A stretch of 64,000 nucleotides of DNA, taken from an uncultured candidatus Brocadiaceae bacterium. Its GTDB lineage: Bacteria; Planctomycetota; Brocadiia; SM23-32. Below, in pieces: positions 10,189 to 19,836 of the stretch. Numbering within the stretch: the stretch's first letter is position 1; every line of letters starts with the position of its first letter. The stretch is taken from positions 20,985 through 84,984 of the forward strand of contig CAYSWA010000003.1 in assembly GCA_964434535.1 (NCBI GenBank), given 5' to 3'. Under the pieces are notes generated by a model. It worked only from the letters and a program-made list of their open reading frames with translations. It ran no database searches and was not told the origin of the DNA. The position numbers and the translations under genes were made by a program.

Positions 10189-10982
10189 CCGGCGCAGGCC
10201 GCCGCGAGCGCGCGGGTGGCGGCTTCGACGTCGTCGGCGCGCATCAGCGTCTCGCCGATCAGGACGGCCTTGACGCCGCATTCGGCGAGGCGGCGCACGT
10301 CCTCGGGGCCCTTGATGCCGCTCTCGGCGACCAGGAGCGCCCCCTCCGGCGCCCGGGGCGCCAGCCGCTCGCAGGTGGCCAGGTCCACCTCGAAGGTGCG
10401 CAGGTCACGGTTGTTGATGCCGATCAGGTCGGCGCCGGCCGTGACCGCCACGTCCATCTCGCGCTCGTCATGCACCTCGACCAGAGCGTCCATGCCGAGG
10501 TCGCGCACGCCGGCGGCCAGCCGCTTCAGCCGCGCCGGCTCCAGCGCCGCCGCGATCAGCAGGCAGGCGTCCGCCCCGAGCACGCGCGACTCGAGCACCT
10601 GCACCTCGTCCAGGATGAAGTCCTTGCGCAGCACGGGCAGGCCGACCGCCCGGCGGACCCGCCTCAGGTAGTCCGCCTCGCCCTGGAAGAACCGCCGGTC
10701 GGTGAGCACGCTGACGCAGGCCGCCCCGCCCCGCTCGTAGGCGCGGGCGATGGCGACGGGGTCGAAGTCCTCGCGGATCAGTCCGGCGGAGGGCGACGCC
10801 TTCTTGGCCTCGGCGATGAGGGCCACGCCGCTCGCCCCGGCGAGGGCGGCCCGGAAGCCGCGCGGCGCCCCGGCCGCCCGCGCCCGGCGGGCGAGCCCGT
10901 CCAGGTCGCCCGCGTGGAGGGCGGCGAGCTCCTCGCGCTTCGCCGCGCAGATGCGCGCCAGTATGTCGGGCATCTCGCTCAC
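10185..10982 (-). CDS. trpC: indole-3-glycerol phosphate synthase
   Basis: [32 protein letters not shown] and LVEVH motifs. 4-nt overlap with upstream thiE. Confidence 0.9.
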   Translation of the reverse strand: MSEMPDILARICAAKREELAALHAGDLDGLARRARAAGAPRGFRAALAGASGVALIAEAKKASPSAGLIREDFDPVAIARAYERGGAACVSVLTDRRFFQGEADYLRRVRRAVGLPVLRKDFILDEVQVLESRVLGADACLLIAAALEPARLKRLAAGVRDLGMDALVEVHDEREMDVAVTAGADLIGINNRDLRTFEVDLATCERLAPRAPEGALLVAESGIKGPEDVRRLAECGVKAVLIGETLMRADDVEAATRALAAACAG

Positions 10983-11641
10983 GGTGCTTCGCTCCCTGCC
11001 CGGGTCACCACCGCGCGCAGCTCACGGGCGGCGGCTTCGGGGTCGTCGGCGCCGCAGAGGGCCGAGCAGACGGCCACGGCCGTCGCCCCGGCGCGGACGG
11101 CCTGCCCCGCATTCTCGCGCGTAATCCCGCCGATGGCGACGCGGGGCAGGCCCACGTCGGCCGCTACCTTGCGCACAAGCTCCGGCCCCTTGCCCTCGGC
11201 GTAGCCCTTCGTGGCGGTCGGCGCGAAGGGCCCGACGCCGATGTAATCGACGGGCAGTTCAAGCGCCGTGCGGGCCTGCCCCACAGAGTGCGTGGACCAG
11301 CCGATCAGCATTTCCGGCCCGACCACGGCCCGCACGGCCGCCGGCGGCAGGTCGTCCTGGCCCAGGTGCACGCCGTCGGCGCGGGCGATGAGCGCCACGT
11401 CGGCCCGGTCGTTGACGATCAGCAGCGCGCCGGCCTCCTCGGTCATCTCGCGCAGGGCGAGCGCCCGGCCGAGCAGCTCGGCGTCCTCCGGGTCCTTCTC
11501 CCTGAGCTGGAGCGCGTCGGCCCCGCCGGCGAGCAGGCGCTCGGCCGTCTGGCGCCAGGGGCGGCGGCAGAACCGCTCGGTCAGGACGGCGTAGAGCCTC
11601 ACGCCGGCCATGCGTGCGCGCAGCTCGCGCATCGGGCTCAC
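10979..11641 (-). CDS. thiE: thiamine-phosphate synthase
   Basis: [51 protein letters not shown]. Confidence 0.85.
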   Translation of the reverse strand: MSPMRELRARMAGVRLYAVLTERFCRRPWRQTAERLLAGGADALQLREKDPEDAELLGRALALREMTEEAGALLIVNDRADVALIARADGVHLGQDDLPPAAVRAVVGPEMLIGWSTHSVGQARTALELPVDYIGVGPFAPTATKGYAEGKGPELVRKVAADVGLPRVAIGGITRENAGQAVRAGATAVAVCSALCGADDPEAAARELRAVVTRAGSEAP

Positions 11642-12825
11642 TCCACGGCGCGGGGCGGGGCCAGCAGGGCCTCGATGGCGCCCGTGGCGGCGCCGCGCCG
11701 GCCCAGGAAGCCGGTCAGCGCCTCCAGCCGCGGCAGCGCGTCGTCGAAGACCACGCAGTCGGAGGCGGCGCTCAGGCGCAGCTCCTCCTCCAGGCAGGCC
11801 GGCACAAAGGCCGTCTCGCCCCGCGCCAGCTCCATCTCAGCGTCGCCGGCCCGGAGCCCGACCTCGCCCTTCAGGCAGTGGAGCACGCGGTATCCGCCGT
11901 AGAGCGGCGCGAGCCCGCCCTCGCGCCCGGCGGCCAGGCGCACGCGGCTCTTGACGAAGTACGGCGTCGCCACCAGCACCTCGACCGCGTGCCCCTCGGC
12001 GACGTCCACCTGCACTGACGGCACGAACCGGAGCCCGGCGCCGGGATCGACCAGCCGGAAGCCGAGCTCGGGATACTCGCCGGGCCGCCGTCCGAAGTCG
12101 TAGATGCGCACCGTCGGGTTGGCCTGGAGGTCCTGCTCGATCTGTATCTCGCCTTCGGCGGCGGCGGCGACCGTCTCGTCGTCGGGGTGGACCTGGACGC
12201 TGAGCAGGTTGTCCTGGACGCCGAGGATCTTGCTGAGCGTGGGCAGGCGGCTCTCGCCGTAGCCCTGCTGGATCTCGTCGATGATGAGCCGACTCCCGGG
12301 GCCGACGGCGAACATGGTGTGCAGCGTGCCGGCCGGGGCGAGGAAGACCTCGCCGCCCTCCAGCGGCTCGACCACGCCGAAGAGCCGGCGCACCTCCTGC
12401 GGCCACCCTTCGACGCGCGGCGCGAGGCCCTCGCTGCGGATCAGCTCCTCCAGCCGGGTGGCGTCCTCCCGGGTGCGCGGGCCCGCCACCACGCCGGTGC
12501 GCCCCTGCGCTGCGCGGATGCACCATGCCTCCGTCTTGCCCCGGTGCACGTGCTCGGCCAGGTGCTGGAGGACCGGCTCGCCGAGCAGGGCGGCGAGCGC
12601 CTCTTCGTCTCCGGCCGCCTCATCGAGCAGCTCGGCGAGCGTGCGGCCGAGGGCCGGTTCGGCGACGGCGTTCGAGTAGTTGCCCGGCCCGGTCTGGGCC
12701 GAGGCGAGCCAGAACTCGCCCACGCCGACCCGGATGCCGGCCAGCGCGTCGGCGCCCTCGTGCACCAGGCCCCAGGGCTTCAAGACCACGGCGGGGGCCA
12801 GCTTCCACAGCGCGGGTTCGGTCAT
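11638..12825 (-). CDS. class I mannose-6-phosphate isomerase (cupin)
   Basis: KPWGLVHEG, GEFWLASAQTG, LSVQVHPDD. Confidence 0.75.
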   Translation of the reverse strand: MTEPALWKLAPAVVLKPWGLVHEGADALAGIRVGVGEFWLASAQTGPGNYSNAVAEPALGRTLAELLDEAAGDEEALAALLGEPVLQHLAEHVHRGKTEAWCIRAAQGRTGVVAGPRTREDATRLEELIRSEGLAPRVEGWPQEVRRLFGVVEPLEGGEVFLAPAGTLHTMFAVGPGSRLIIDEIQQGYGESRLPTLSKILGVQDNLLSVQVHPDDETVAAAAEGEIQIEQDLQANPTVRIYDFGRRPGEYPELGFRLVDPGAGLRFVPSVQVDVAEGHAVEVLVATPYFVKSRVRLAAGREGGLAPLYGGYRVLHCLKGEVGLRAGDAEMELARGETAFVPACLEEELRLSAASDCVVFDDALPRLEALTGFLGRRGAATGAIEALLAPPRAVE

Positions 12826-12850
12826 CTCTGTCCCTGCCTCCTTGTTCGGT

Positions 12851-13996
12851 TCACGCTTCGACGCTCGCCCGGGGCGGAAAGAGCCAGTCCAGGTATCTGT
12901 CGGCCACCCCGCCCGCCTCCGCCTGGCCGGCGTGGATCAGGACGCGGTAGCGGAAGGTGAGCTTGCCTCCGGCCGGCAGCACGTAGCTGCCGTCGCCCTC
13001 GCCGTCGGGGAAGTAGGAGAGCCCGAACGGGTTCGCCGTCATCAGCCCGTAGTCGCGCACGTGCCAGAAGGTGGGGTAGCGCAGGTTGTGCGGGTGGTCG
13101 AAGACGGCGATGCCGGCCCGATGCCCTCCGACGGTCCCGCAGTAATCGCACCAGGACGCCCGGCGTCCCCACGTCTCGGCCTCGCTCAGGCCGCCCAGGG
13201 CGTTGCGGATCAGCCCGCCCCGCCCGCCCTCCATCGGCGTGGCCACGCGCACGGAGATGATCCCGCCCTCCTTGGTGTCGCCGAAGCGGACCTCGCCCTC
13301 GCTGGCGAAGAAGGCGACGGTCAGGTCGAAGAGCCGCAAGCTCGGCGGCACGTTGTAGAAGCGGTACTCGACCAGGTCCTGCATCAGCCGGTTGCCCCCG
13401 GCGTCGACCCAGTCGTTGAGGGCGGCGATGCGCCCGAAGACGGGGCCGCTCTCGGTGGCGTCGAAGTAGCGGTGCACCATGCGCCCGGCGCCCTCGGCCT
13501 CGCCCCAGTTGTCCGACCCGTTCACGTCGCCCCACGCCACCCAGAGCGAGCGGTGGTGGACGTGGTCGGTGGAGTCGCCCTCGACCTCTTCCTGGGGGTA
13601 GGCGCGGGTCACGCCGTGGCCGTAGGGGCCGACGAGCGGGTAGAGGCAGGGCTTGGGCCGCTCGCCGCCGAACAGGTAGCGGGTGAACAGCGCCCCGCCG
13701 ATGCGCACGCTGACGCGGTCCTCGCCGGCCTTCACCTTCACCTGCGAGGAAGGCGGCGGCGCGCCCTCCTGCAGCAGGTAGGTGCGCTCCTGCCGGGGCG
13801 CGAGCGAGCGGACGATCCAGTGCAGCCTCGCCCCGCCGGCCGCCCCGCTGGCCTGGAAGGGCACGGGCACGCCCTCGCGCTCGTCGATGAGCACGCAGCT
13901 CGCCAGCTCGCGCGGCGAGCGGCTCACCTCGACGCTGACCGGGCAGAACCAGGCGGGGCGCGGCGCGGCGGTGACGGCGATCCTCAGCTTGTCCAT
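12851..13996 (-). CDS. PmoA-like / DUF6807 family protein
   Basis: HVHHRSLWVAWGDVNGSDNWGE and FWHVRDYGLMTANPFG are typical of the DUF6807 family often found beside sugar-phosphate isomerases. Confidence 0.65.
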   Translation of the reverse strand: MDKLRIAVTAAPRPAWFCPVSVEVSRSPRELASCVLIDEREGVPVPFQASGAAGGARLHWIVRSLAPRQERTYLLQEGAPPPSSQVKVKAGEDRVSVRIGGALFTRYLFGGERPKPCLYPLVGPYGHGVTRAYPQEEVEGDSTDHVHHRSLWVAWGDVNGSDNWGEAEGAGRMVHRYFDATESGPVFGRIAALNDWVDAGGNRLMQDLVEYRFYNVPPSLRLFDLTVAFFASEGEVRFGDTKEGGIISVRVATPMEGGRGGLIRNALGGLSEAETWGRRASWCDYCGTVGGHRAGIAVFDHPHNLRYPTFWHVRDYGLMTANPFGLSYFPDGEGDGSYVLPAGGKLTFRYRVLIHAGQAEAGGVADRYLDWLFPPRASVEA

Positions 13997-14041
13997 GGCG
14001 GGCTCTGCTCCCTGCTGATCGGTCGGTGCGGACGGCGGCCC

Positions 14042-14854
14042 TCAGGCGAAGACGCGGCGCAGGTAATCCAGGCTCTCGCGCGCGATCCGCTCGGGGCCTG
14101 CCGAGAAATCGAAGACCTCCACCGAGACGTAACCGTCGTAGCCGACCTCCTGGAGGGCGGCGGCGATGGGGCGGAAGTCGGTCTCGCCGAAGCCGGGGCC
14201 TTCCCGTTCGGCGTCGTTGGCATGGAAGTGCTCCACGTAGGGCGCGCACTCGCGGATGATCTCGGGCATGGGCCGCAGCTCGCCGGCCATGGCCTTCACG
14301 TCGAGCATCATCCGGAAGCCCGGCCGGTCGACGGCCTCGACCAGGTCGCGCGCCTCGGCGGCGCTGGTCACGAAGTTGGTCTCGCTGCGACCCAGCGGCT
14401 CGATGCAGAAGGTGACGCCGCGCGCGGCGGCGTGCTCTCCCAGCGCGCGGAAGACCTCCACCGAGCGGGCCCAGACCCGGCCGTAGTCCTGACCCGGGGC
14501 CACGTCGCGCTGAGCGGGCGAGCCGAAGATGAGCACCCGCCCGCCGAGGTCCGCGCAGAAGTCCACCTCGCCCTTCAGGTAGTCGGCGGTGCGCTGGCGC
14601 ACGGCGGGCTCGGGCGCGTTCAGGTGCAGCCCCTCGGGCTTGACCAGCAGCCAGTGCAGCCCCACTACCTCCAGCCCCCGCCCCTCGGCCGTCTGGCGCA
14701 GCTCGCGCCGGCCGGCCGCGTCCACGTCCTCGACGGACTCGGCGAGGGTGAAGGGGGCGATCTCGATGCCGTCGTAGCCGGCCTCGGCGGCGAGCTCGCA
14801 CGCCTGGGCGAAGCTCCAGCCCTCGCAGAACTCGTTGCACATGGCGAACTTCAT
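14042..14854 (-). CDS. sugar phosphate isomerase/epimerase (xylose-isomerase-like TIM barrel)
   Basis: MKFAMCNEF..., DGIEIAP, FCIEPL and hydrophobic barrel pattern. Start taken at MKFAMC to avoid overlapping the next gene. Confidence 0.8.
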   Translation of the reverse strand: MKFAMCNEFCEGWSFAQACELAAEAGYDGIEIAPFTLAESVEDVDAAGRRELRQTAEGRGLEVVGLHWLLVKPEGLHLNAPEPAVRQRTADYLKGEVDFCADLGGRVLIFGSPAQRDVAPGQDYGRVWARSVEVFRALGEHAAARGVTFCIEPLGRSETNFVTSAAEARDLVEAVDRPGFRMMLDVKAMAGELRPMPEIIRECAPYVEHFHANDAEREGPGFGETDFRPIAAALQEVGYDGYVSVEVFDFSAGPERIARESLDYLRRVFA

Positions 14855-14885
14855 CGGCGTTCCTCCCCTGCCGGATCGGCGCGCT

Positions 14886-15413
14886 TCAGCGCTCGGGCAG
14901 GCCGCCGTCGCCATCCTGGAGCTCGTCCTCGAGCATGTCCAGGAACGGTCCGAAGAGCCGCTCGTTGCGCCAGTTGAGGCTCACGAGCTGCTCGTGGAGG
15001 CGCTTGACGGCCTGGAGGCGCTGCGACTCGCTGCGGGGCACGGTGAACATATCCAGCGGGCGCAGCTCGATGTCCTCGGGCGGCTCGGTCTGGCCCGCGT
15101 GCAGGCAGACCAGCGCCAGCAGTCCCGTGCGCCTCAACTGGCACACGAGCCCCTCGCCGGCGTTGAGCACGACCACCGTCTTGCCCGGCCGGTGGGGGTT
15201 GGCCGTGGCGGCGTCGGCGATCACGCCCAGGAAGGTGCTGTCGACCCCCTTGCACTGGGCCAGGTCGAAAGCCACGCAGTTGCAGCCGGCCCGGAACATG
15301 GCGTTGACGAAGTCGGGCACGGCGAGGCTGTTGCGCTGCGTGGCGAACCCGATCGGCTTCAGGTAGACGGTGCGCCCGATGACGGCGCCCTCGATGTGAT
15401 CGTCCGGTGCCAA
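14886..15413 (-). CDS. STAS-domain (anti-sigma-antagonist-like) protein with C-terminal extension
   Basis: VYLKPIGFATQRNSLAVPDFVNAMFRAGCNCVAFDLAQCKGVDSTFLGVIAD fits the STAS fold pattern. Confidence 0.5.
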   Translation of the reverse strand: MAPDDHIEGAVIGRTVYLKPIGFATQRNSLAVPDFVNAMFRAGCNCVAFDLAQCKGVDSTFLGVIADAATANPHRPGKTVVVLNAGEGLVCQLRRTGLLALVCLHAGQTEPPEDIELRPLDMFTVPRSESQRLQAVKRLHEQLVSLNWRNERLFGPFLDMLEDELQDGDGGLPER

Positions 15414-15437
15414 CTTCGCTGCCTCCGCTGCTGGACC

Positions 15438-16760
15438 CTAACGGCGGGCGGCGGCGCCGGCCACGCGCCCGCAGCAATGCTTGGACTTGCGCCCGCTCCC
15501 GCACGGGCAGGGCTCGTTGCGCCCGGCCCGCGGGCCGGGCTGCGGCGCGCCGCGCCGGGCGCTCGGGCGATCCGCACCGGCATCCTCCGGGCCACGGCGC
15601 CCGGCGGCGACCTCGCGGCCGATCCGGTTCAGGAAGGCGTGGAGCCGGGGCGGCCCCGGCCCGGCGGCGACCCGCTCCAGCCGGCCGAAGACGTGCTCGA
15701 AGATCCGCTTCTTCGCCTCGCAGAGGTACGGCTCCCCGTCGGGCCCGATGCCGAGCTTGGCGCGGTGCCGGTAGCACCCGGCGTGGCAGTAGGGCAGCCA
15801 CTCGCAGCCCTCGCAGCCGGCCGGCACGTGCTCGGCCCCGGCGACGAAGTCGCGGAAGGTGCGGCCCTGGAGCATCTGGGTGAGCGTCTGCTCCCGCACG
15901 TTGCCGAGCCGGTAGCGCTCCTCCACGAAGAAATCGCAGGGGTAGACGTCGCCGTTCCACTCGATGGTGACCAGGTTCGAGCAGTCGGGCCGGTACTCGC
16001 AGCACTCCGGCGGCAGGCCGAAGAAGATGTGGAGCCAGTTGTCGATGCGGCGCACGTAATAGGAGGGATCGTCGCCGTCGAGCCATGCGTCGAAGAGCGC
16101 GATCATGAACTCGGCGTACTCGGCGGCGGTGATCGAGTGCTCGCTGAGCCGCCCGCCGCCGCCGGCCGGCTCGGTGCAGGGGATGAACTGGGCGAAATGG
16201 ATCTCGTTCTCTCGGAGGAACTCGAAGACGCGGCGGGGATGGCCCACGTTGGCGCGGCTGATCACCACCAGCACGTTGAACTCGACGCGGTGGGCCTTCA
16301 GGCGCTCCAGGGCGCCCATCGCGGCCTCGTAGGCCGGCTTGCCGCTGCGGAAGCGGCGCACCTCGTTCAGCTCCGGCGGCCCGTCCACGCTGAGGCCGAC
16401 CAGGAAGCGGTTGCGGGCCAGGAAGCGGCACCACTCATCGTCCAGCGCCGCGCCGTTGCTCTGGAGGCTGTTGCCGAAGCAGTCGCCCGGGCGGGCGTGG
16501 CGGGCCTCGACCTCGACGACCCGGCGGAAGAACTCCAGCCCCATCAGCGTCGGCTCGCCGCCCTGCCAGCCGATCTTGATCTCGCCCGGCTCCAGGCCGC
16601 GGTATTGGGCGCAGACGACGTCGAACACGTCCAGCGACATGCGCGGGCGGGGCTCATCGGGGTAGAGGCCGCAGACGCCCCGGTAGTAGCAATAGCCGCA
16701 GGCCATGTTGCAGTCATGGCTGACGGGCTTGATGAGGATGCCGAGGTTGGGTTTGCGCAT
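15438..16760 (-). CDS. radical-SAM anaerobic sulfatase-maturating enzyme (SPASM domain) with C-terminal SEC-C zinc motif
   Basis: CNMACGYCYY radical-SAM triad, GGEPTL, multiple Cys clusters of the SPASM domain, terminal NEPCPCGSGRKSKHCCG (SEC-C). Confidence 0.85.
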   Translation of the reverse strand: MRKPNLGILIKPVSHDCNMACGYCYYRGVCGLYPDEPRPRMSLDVFDVVCAQYRGLEPGEIKIGWQGGEPTLMGLEFFRRVVEVEARHARPGDCFGNSLQSNGAALDDEWCRFLARNRFLVGLSVDGPPELNEVRRFRSGKPAYEAAMGALERLKAHRVEFNVLVVISRANVGHPRRVFEFLRENEIHFAQFIPCTEPAGGGGRLSEHSITAAEYAEFMIALFDAWLDGDDPSYYVRRIDNWLHIFFGLPPECCEYRPDCSNLVTIEWNGDVYPCDFFVEERYRLGNVREQTLTQMLQGRTFRDFVAGAEHVPAGCEGCEWLPYCHAGCYRHRAKLGIGPDGEPYLCEAKKRIFEHVFGRLERVAAGPGPPRLHAFLNRIGREVAAGRRGPEDAGADRPSARRGAPQPGPRAGRNEPCPCGSGRKSKHCCGRVAGAAARR

Positions 16761-16792
16761 CGTGGCTCTGCCCCAGGTCCGGTGCCGGCTTC

Positions 16793-16801
16793 ATTATAGC
16801 A
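16793..16801 (-). promoter_or_regulatory. extended -10 TGCTATAAT (minus strand) upstream of anSME operon
   Basis: rc reads GCTGCTATAATGAAG about 35 nt upstream of the start codon at 16760. Confidence 0.4.
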
Positions 16802-16837
16802 GCGGCGCGGGGACGGTTCATCCGCAAGCGGTCCCGC

Positions 16838-19759
16838 TCAGCCGGCGGCCTCCGGCGGCCGTTCGTCGGCGCAGACCAGCGCCAGCAGCACGCGCATCAG
16901 CCAGATTGTGATCAGAAGCAGCGCCAGCAGGTGCTCCGCCCGCCACGAGCCGAGCGGCCAGCGGGCGAAGCAGGCGACCACGGCGCCGGCGAGCGCGGCG
17001 GCGAGCACGCCGCTCAGCGCCTGGAGCGCCCGCCCGGCCCAGCGCACCCGCCGCGCGGCGAGCCGGCGCAGCACGAGCCATCCCGCCAGGGCCACCGCGG
17101 GCAGGGCCAGGGCTATCCAGAGCCGGCCCTGCGCCGTGAGCAGGTCGGCAATGCGCGCTGTCCCCCGCATGGCCCCGGCCACCAGCCCCTGCGCCCACCC
17201 GGCCGCCACGCGGATGCCGGCCCGGTAGGCCGCCAAGTCGAGCAGCGCCCCGTGCAGCACGGCGAGCCCCAGCGCCAGGCAGCCGGCCAGCCCGGCCGGC
17301 CCCAGGCAGCGCGCCGGCCAGGCCGGCCCGGGGCGCTCCAGCTCGCCTCCCGCCGTGCCCCACTCCACGCCGCGCAGCCGCCACCAGCGCCGCCAGAGGG
17401 CGGCCGCGCACCCCAGGGCGCAGAGCATGGCGGCGGCGAGCGTCAGCAGGGCCCAGCCGCCCCACAGTCCCCGGCTGCGAAGGGCCGCGTGCCAGGCCGG
17501 CAGCAGGGCGGCCACGCCGGCCATCCAGACCACTGCCACCAGGGGATAGGCGGCCGGGCGGCCGCGCCAGGCCTCGTCGTGCAGGCCGATCAGCAGCAGG
17601 GCGAGCATGCCGGCCGCCGCCGCGTAGCCGGGCCAGTCCGTGCAGAGCCGCCCCGCCCGCACGCCGAGCGCCGCGAGTGCGCCCGCGACGTGGCGCAGCA
17701 GGTGCAGCGCCCCGGGCACGTCGCTGCGGGCGGGCAGCAGCGAGAGCGCCAGCCCGCACGCCAGCCCGAGCAGGCCGACCCGCACGGCGAAGACCAGCCG
17801 CGAGCCCCTGCCCGGCCCGCCGCCTCCGCCGCCGACCGTGGCCGCCGCCGGGCCGAAGACGGCGAGGGCCTCGACCCGCCACAGGCGCACCAGCGAGGCC
17901 GTCGCCTCCCACAGCCGGGCCAGCAAGCCGGCCGCCGCGACCAGCAGCAGCAGCCGCAGCGCGAAGCTCGACGTGATGGCGCGCCCGAACCGGGTCCCGA
18001 GCGTCGGGGAGGTGAGCGGCAGGAACAGCCTCGAGGCGTAGCCGAGCGCCAGCAGCGTGCCCGCGCCGAGCGGCACCGCCCACAGGGCCGCCACGGCCAG
18101 CAGGGCCCAGCCCACCCGGAGCGCCGCCAGCAGGTGCAGCAGCAGCGCCGCCGCCAGCAGCGTGGCCGCCGCCCACCCGAGCACCCCGCCCGGCAGCCGA
18201 CCCAGCAGCTCCGCCCCGCCGGCGGCCAGGCGGGCCGCCCACCGTCCGGCGGCGATGGCGAGCAGGTCCTGGCCCACGGCCCCGCAGGCGGCGAAGGCCC
18301 TCGCCACGCCCCGTCGCACCCCCGGCGTGCCCGCCGCCAGCGCCAGCAGCGCCCAGAGCAGCAGAGCCCCGGCGAGCCAGGCCGTCGAGCAGACCGCCCG
18401 CAGGTCGGCCCGGGCCGCCGCCCCCGGCTGCCGCGCCCGCAGGCGGCTGCGCCGCACCACGAGCCCCGCCACCCCGAAGGTCAGCCCCAGGCCCAGCGGA
18501 CACCAGAGCCACGCCGTGCCCAGCGCCCACAGCTCGCCGTGCGGCGCGCCGACCCGACGGGCGAACCGCGCCAGCCAGCCCAGCGCGCCGAACGTCGCCA
18601 CGACCAGGCCCACGCCGGGCACCAGCGCCCAGCGGCTCACCCAGTCCCCCTGCGTCTCGGCCAGCCAGGCCCCGGCCACGGCGGCCAGCAGCCCCAGGCA
18701 GACCAGCAGCAGCGCCAGCGGGTCGCCCCCCAGGTGCGCCGGCGCCCAGAGCGCCAGGCAGGCCAGCGCGCCGAGCGCCACCAGCGAAGTGCCGAAACCG
18801 GTCGCCTCATACATGTCCGCCCGTCCGCCCCCGACCGGGCTCCGCCTGCGCCACAGCAGGGCGATCCCCCCGAGCATGACCGGCAGGGCGCCCGCGCAGA
18901 CCCAGAGCGCGGCGAGCACCGTCAGGCGCCCGGCCGCCCCGGGCAGGCCGAACTCGAAGGCGAGCTGACGGGCGCCGAGCCCGGCCAGCAGGCCGGCCAC
19001 CGCCCAGCAGCCGGCCATGGCGACCCCGCGCACCGCGCGCCGCCCCGAGCTCTCCGCCAGCGCCGCCAGCCCCGCCACGCAGAGCGCGGGCGCCAGCGCC
19101 ACCGGCCAGTAGCGGGCGAGGAACGCGAGCGGGACGCGCGGCGGGCCGGCGAAGAGCCGGTAGCCGGTCAGCGGCTGCGCCGCCAGCAGCAGCAGGTAGA
19201 CGAGCCCCGAGAGCGCGGCCGTGCGAGCCGCCCAGCCGCGCCCACGCAGGCACTGAAGGAAGACCAGGCAGCCCGCCAGCCCGAGCAGGCCGAACACGAA
19301 CAGGTCGGTCATCAGCTCCCCGGGGGGGACGCCGAACACGAAGCCCGCGGCGCTGCGCAGCAGGACGCCGAGCAGGACGAGGACGGCCGCTGCGAGGCCC
19401 GCCACGGCGAAAGCCCGCCGGCAGAGCAGCCCCGGCGGCGTGCCGGCGGCCAGGAACTCGCGCAGCAGCAGCAGGAGCACGGCCCCGTCGAAGGCCACCA
19501 GCGGCCCGCGCCAGTCCACGGGCGTGGCGCCGGCCAGCAGGGCCGTCACGGCCGCCACGAACGCAAAGACGCAGGCGACCGTCCCCGACCAGAGCAGCCA
19601 GCGCGCCATCCACCGCGCGGGCTCGCCTGCGGGCGCGCGGAGCCTCAGGGGGACGATGGGCCGCTCGACGGTCTCGTCCTCGAAGACGACGGCGGCGGGG
19701 GTGCCCGCCGGCTCGCTCTTCGGCGCCGGGCCGTCCCAGTCGTCGGGCTCAGGGGGCAT
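16838..19759 (-). CDS. large polytopic integral membrane protein (973 aa), unknown function
   Basis: Continuous A/L/G/W-rich frame with more than 20 predicted TM helices. The opposite-strand 992-aa ORF is R/Q/P/G low-complexity, typical antisense of a GC-rich gene. Confidence 0.5.
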   Translation of the reverse strand: MPPEPDDWDGPAPKSEPAGTPAAVVFEDETVERPIVPLRLRAPAGEPARWMARWLLWSGTVACVFAFVAAVTALLAGATPVDWRGPLVAFDGAVLLLLLREFLAAGTPPGLLCRRAFAVAGLAAAVLVLLGVLLRSAAGFVFGVPPGELMTDLFVFGLLGLAGCLVFLQCLRGRGWAARTAALSGLVYLLLLAAQPLTGYRLFAGPPRVPLAFLARYWPVALAPALCVAGLAALAESSGRRAVRGVAMAGCWAVAGLLAGLGARQLAFEFGLPGAAGRLTVLAALWVCAGALPVMLGGIALLWRRRSPVGGGRADMYEATGFGTSLVALGALACLALWAPAHLGGDPLALLLVCLGLLAAVAGAWLAETQGDWVSRWALVPGVGLVVATFGALGWLARFARRVGAPHGELWALGTAWLWCPLGLGLTFGVAGLVVRRSRLRARQPGAAARADLRAVCSTAWLAGALLLWALLALAAGTPGVRRGVARAFAACGAVGQDLLAIAAGRWAARLAAGGAELLGRLPGGVLGWAAATLLAAALLLHLLAALRVGWALLAVAALWAVPLGAGTLLALGYASRLFLPLTSPTLGTRFGRAITSSFALRLLLLVAAAGLLARLWEATASLVRLWRVEALAVFGPAAATVGGGGGGPGRGSRLVFAVRVGLLGLACGLALSLLPARSDVPGALHLLRHVAGALAALGVRAGRLCTDWPGYAAAAGMLALLLIGLHDEAWRGRPAAYPLVAVVWMAGVAALLPAWHAALRSRGLWGGWALLTLAAAMLCALGCAAALWRRWWRLRGVEWGTAGGELERPGPAWPARCLGPAGLAGCLALGLAVLHGALLDLAAYRAGIRVAAGWAQGLVAGAMRGTARIADLLTAQGRLWIALALPAVALAGWLVLRRLAARRVRWAGRALQALSGVLAAALAGAVVACFARWPLGSWRAEHLLALLLITIWLMRVLLALVCADERPPEAAG

Positions 19760-19836
19760 GGCCGCTTCCCGTCTCGGGGCGCAGGCGTGGGGCCCGGGGC
19801 GTGCTCGGGCATGGGGGCGCGGTGCGCGGCGAGGCT

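Noticed and set aside
12822-14840. 672-aa minus-strand ORF and other long R-rich ORFs overlapping the DUF6807 and sugar-isomerase genes
   Set aside because: Alternative frames of the same strand with R/G/P-rich junk translation. The called genes carry recognisable family motifs.
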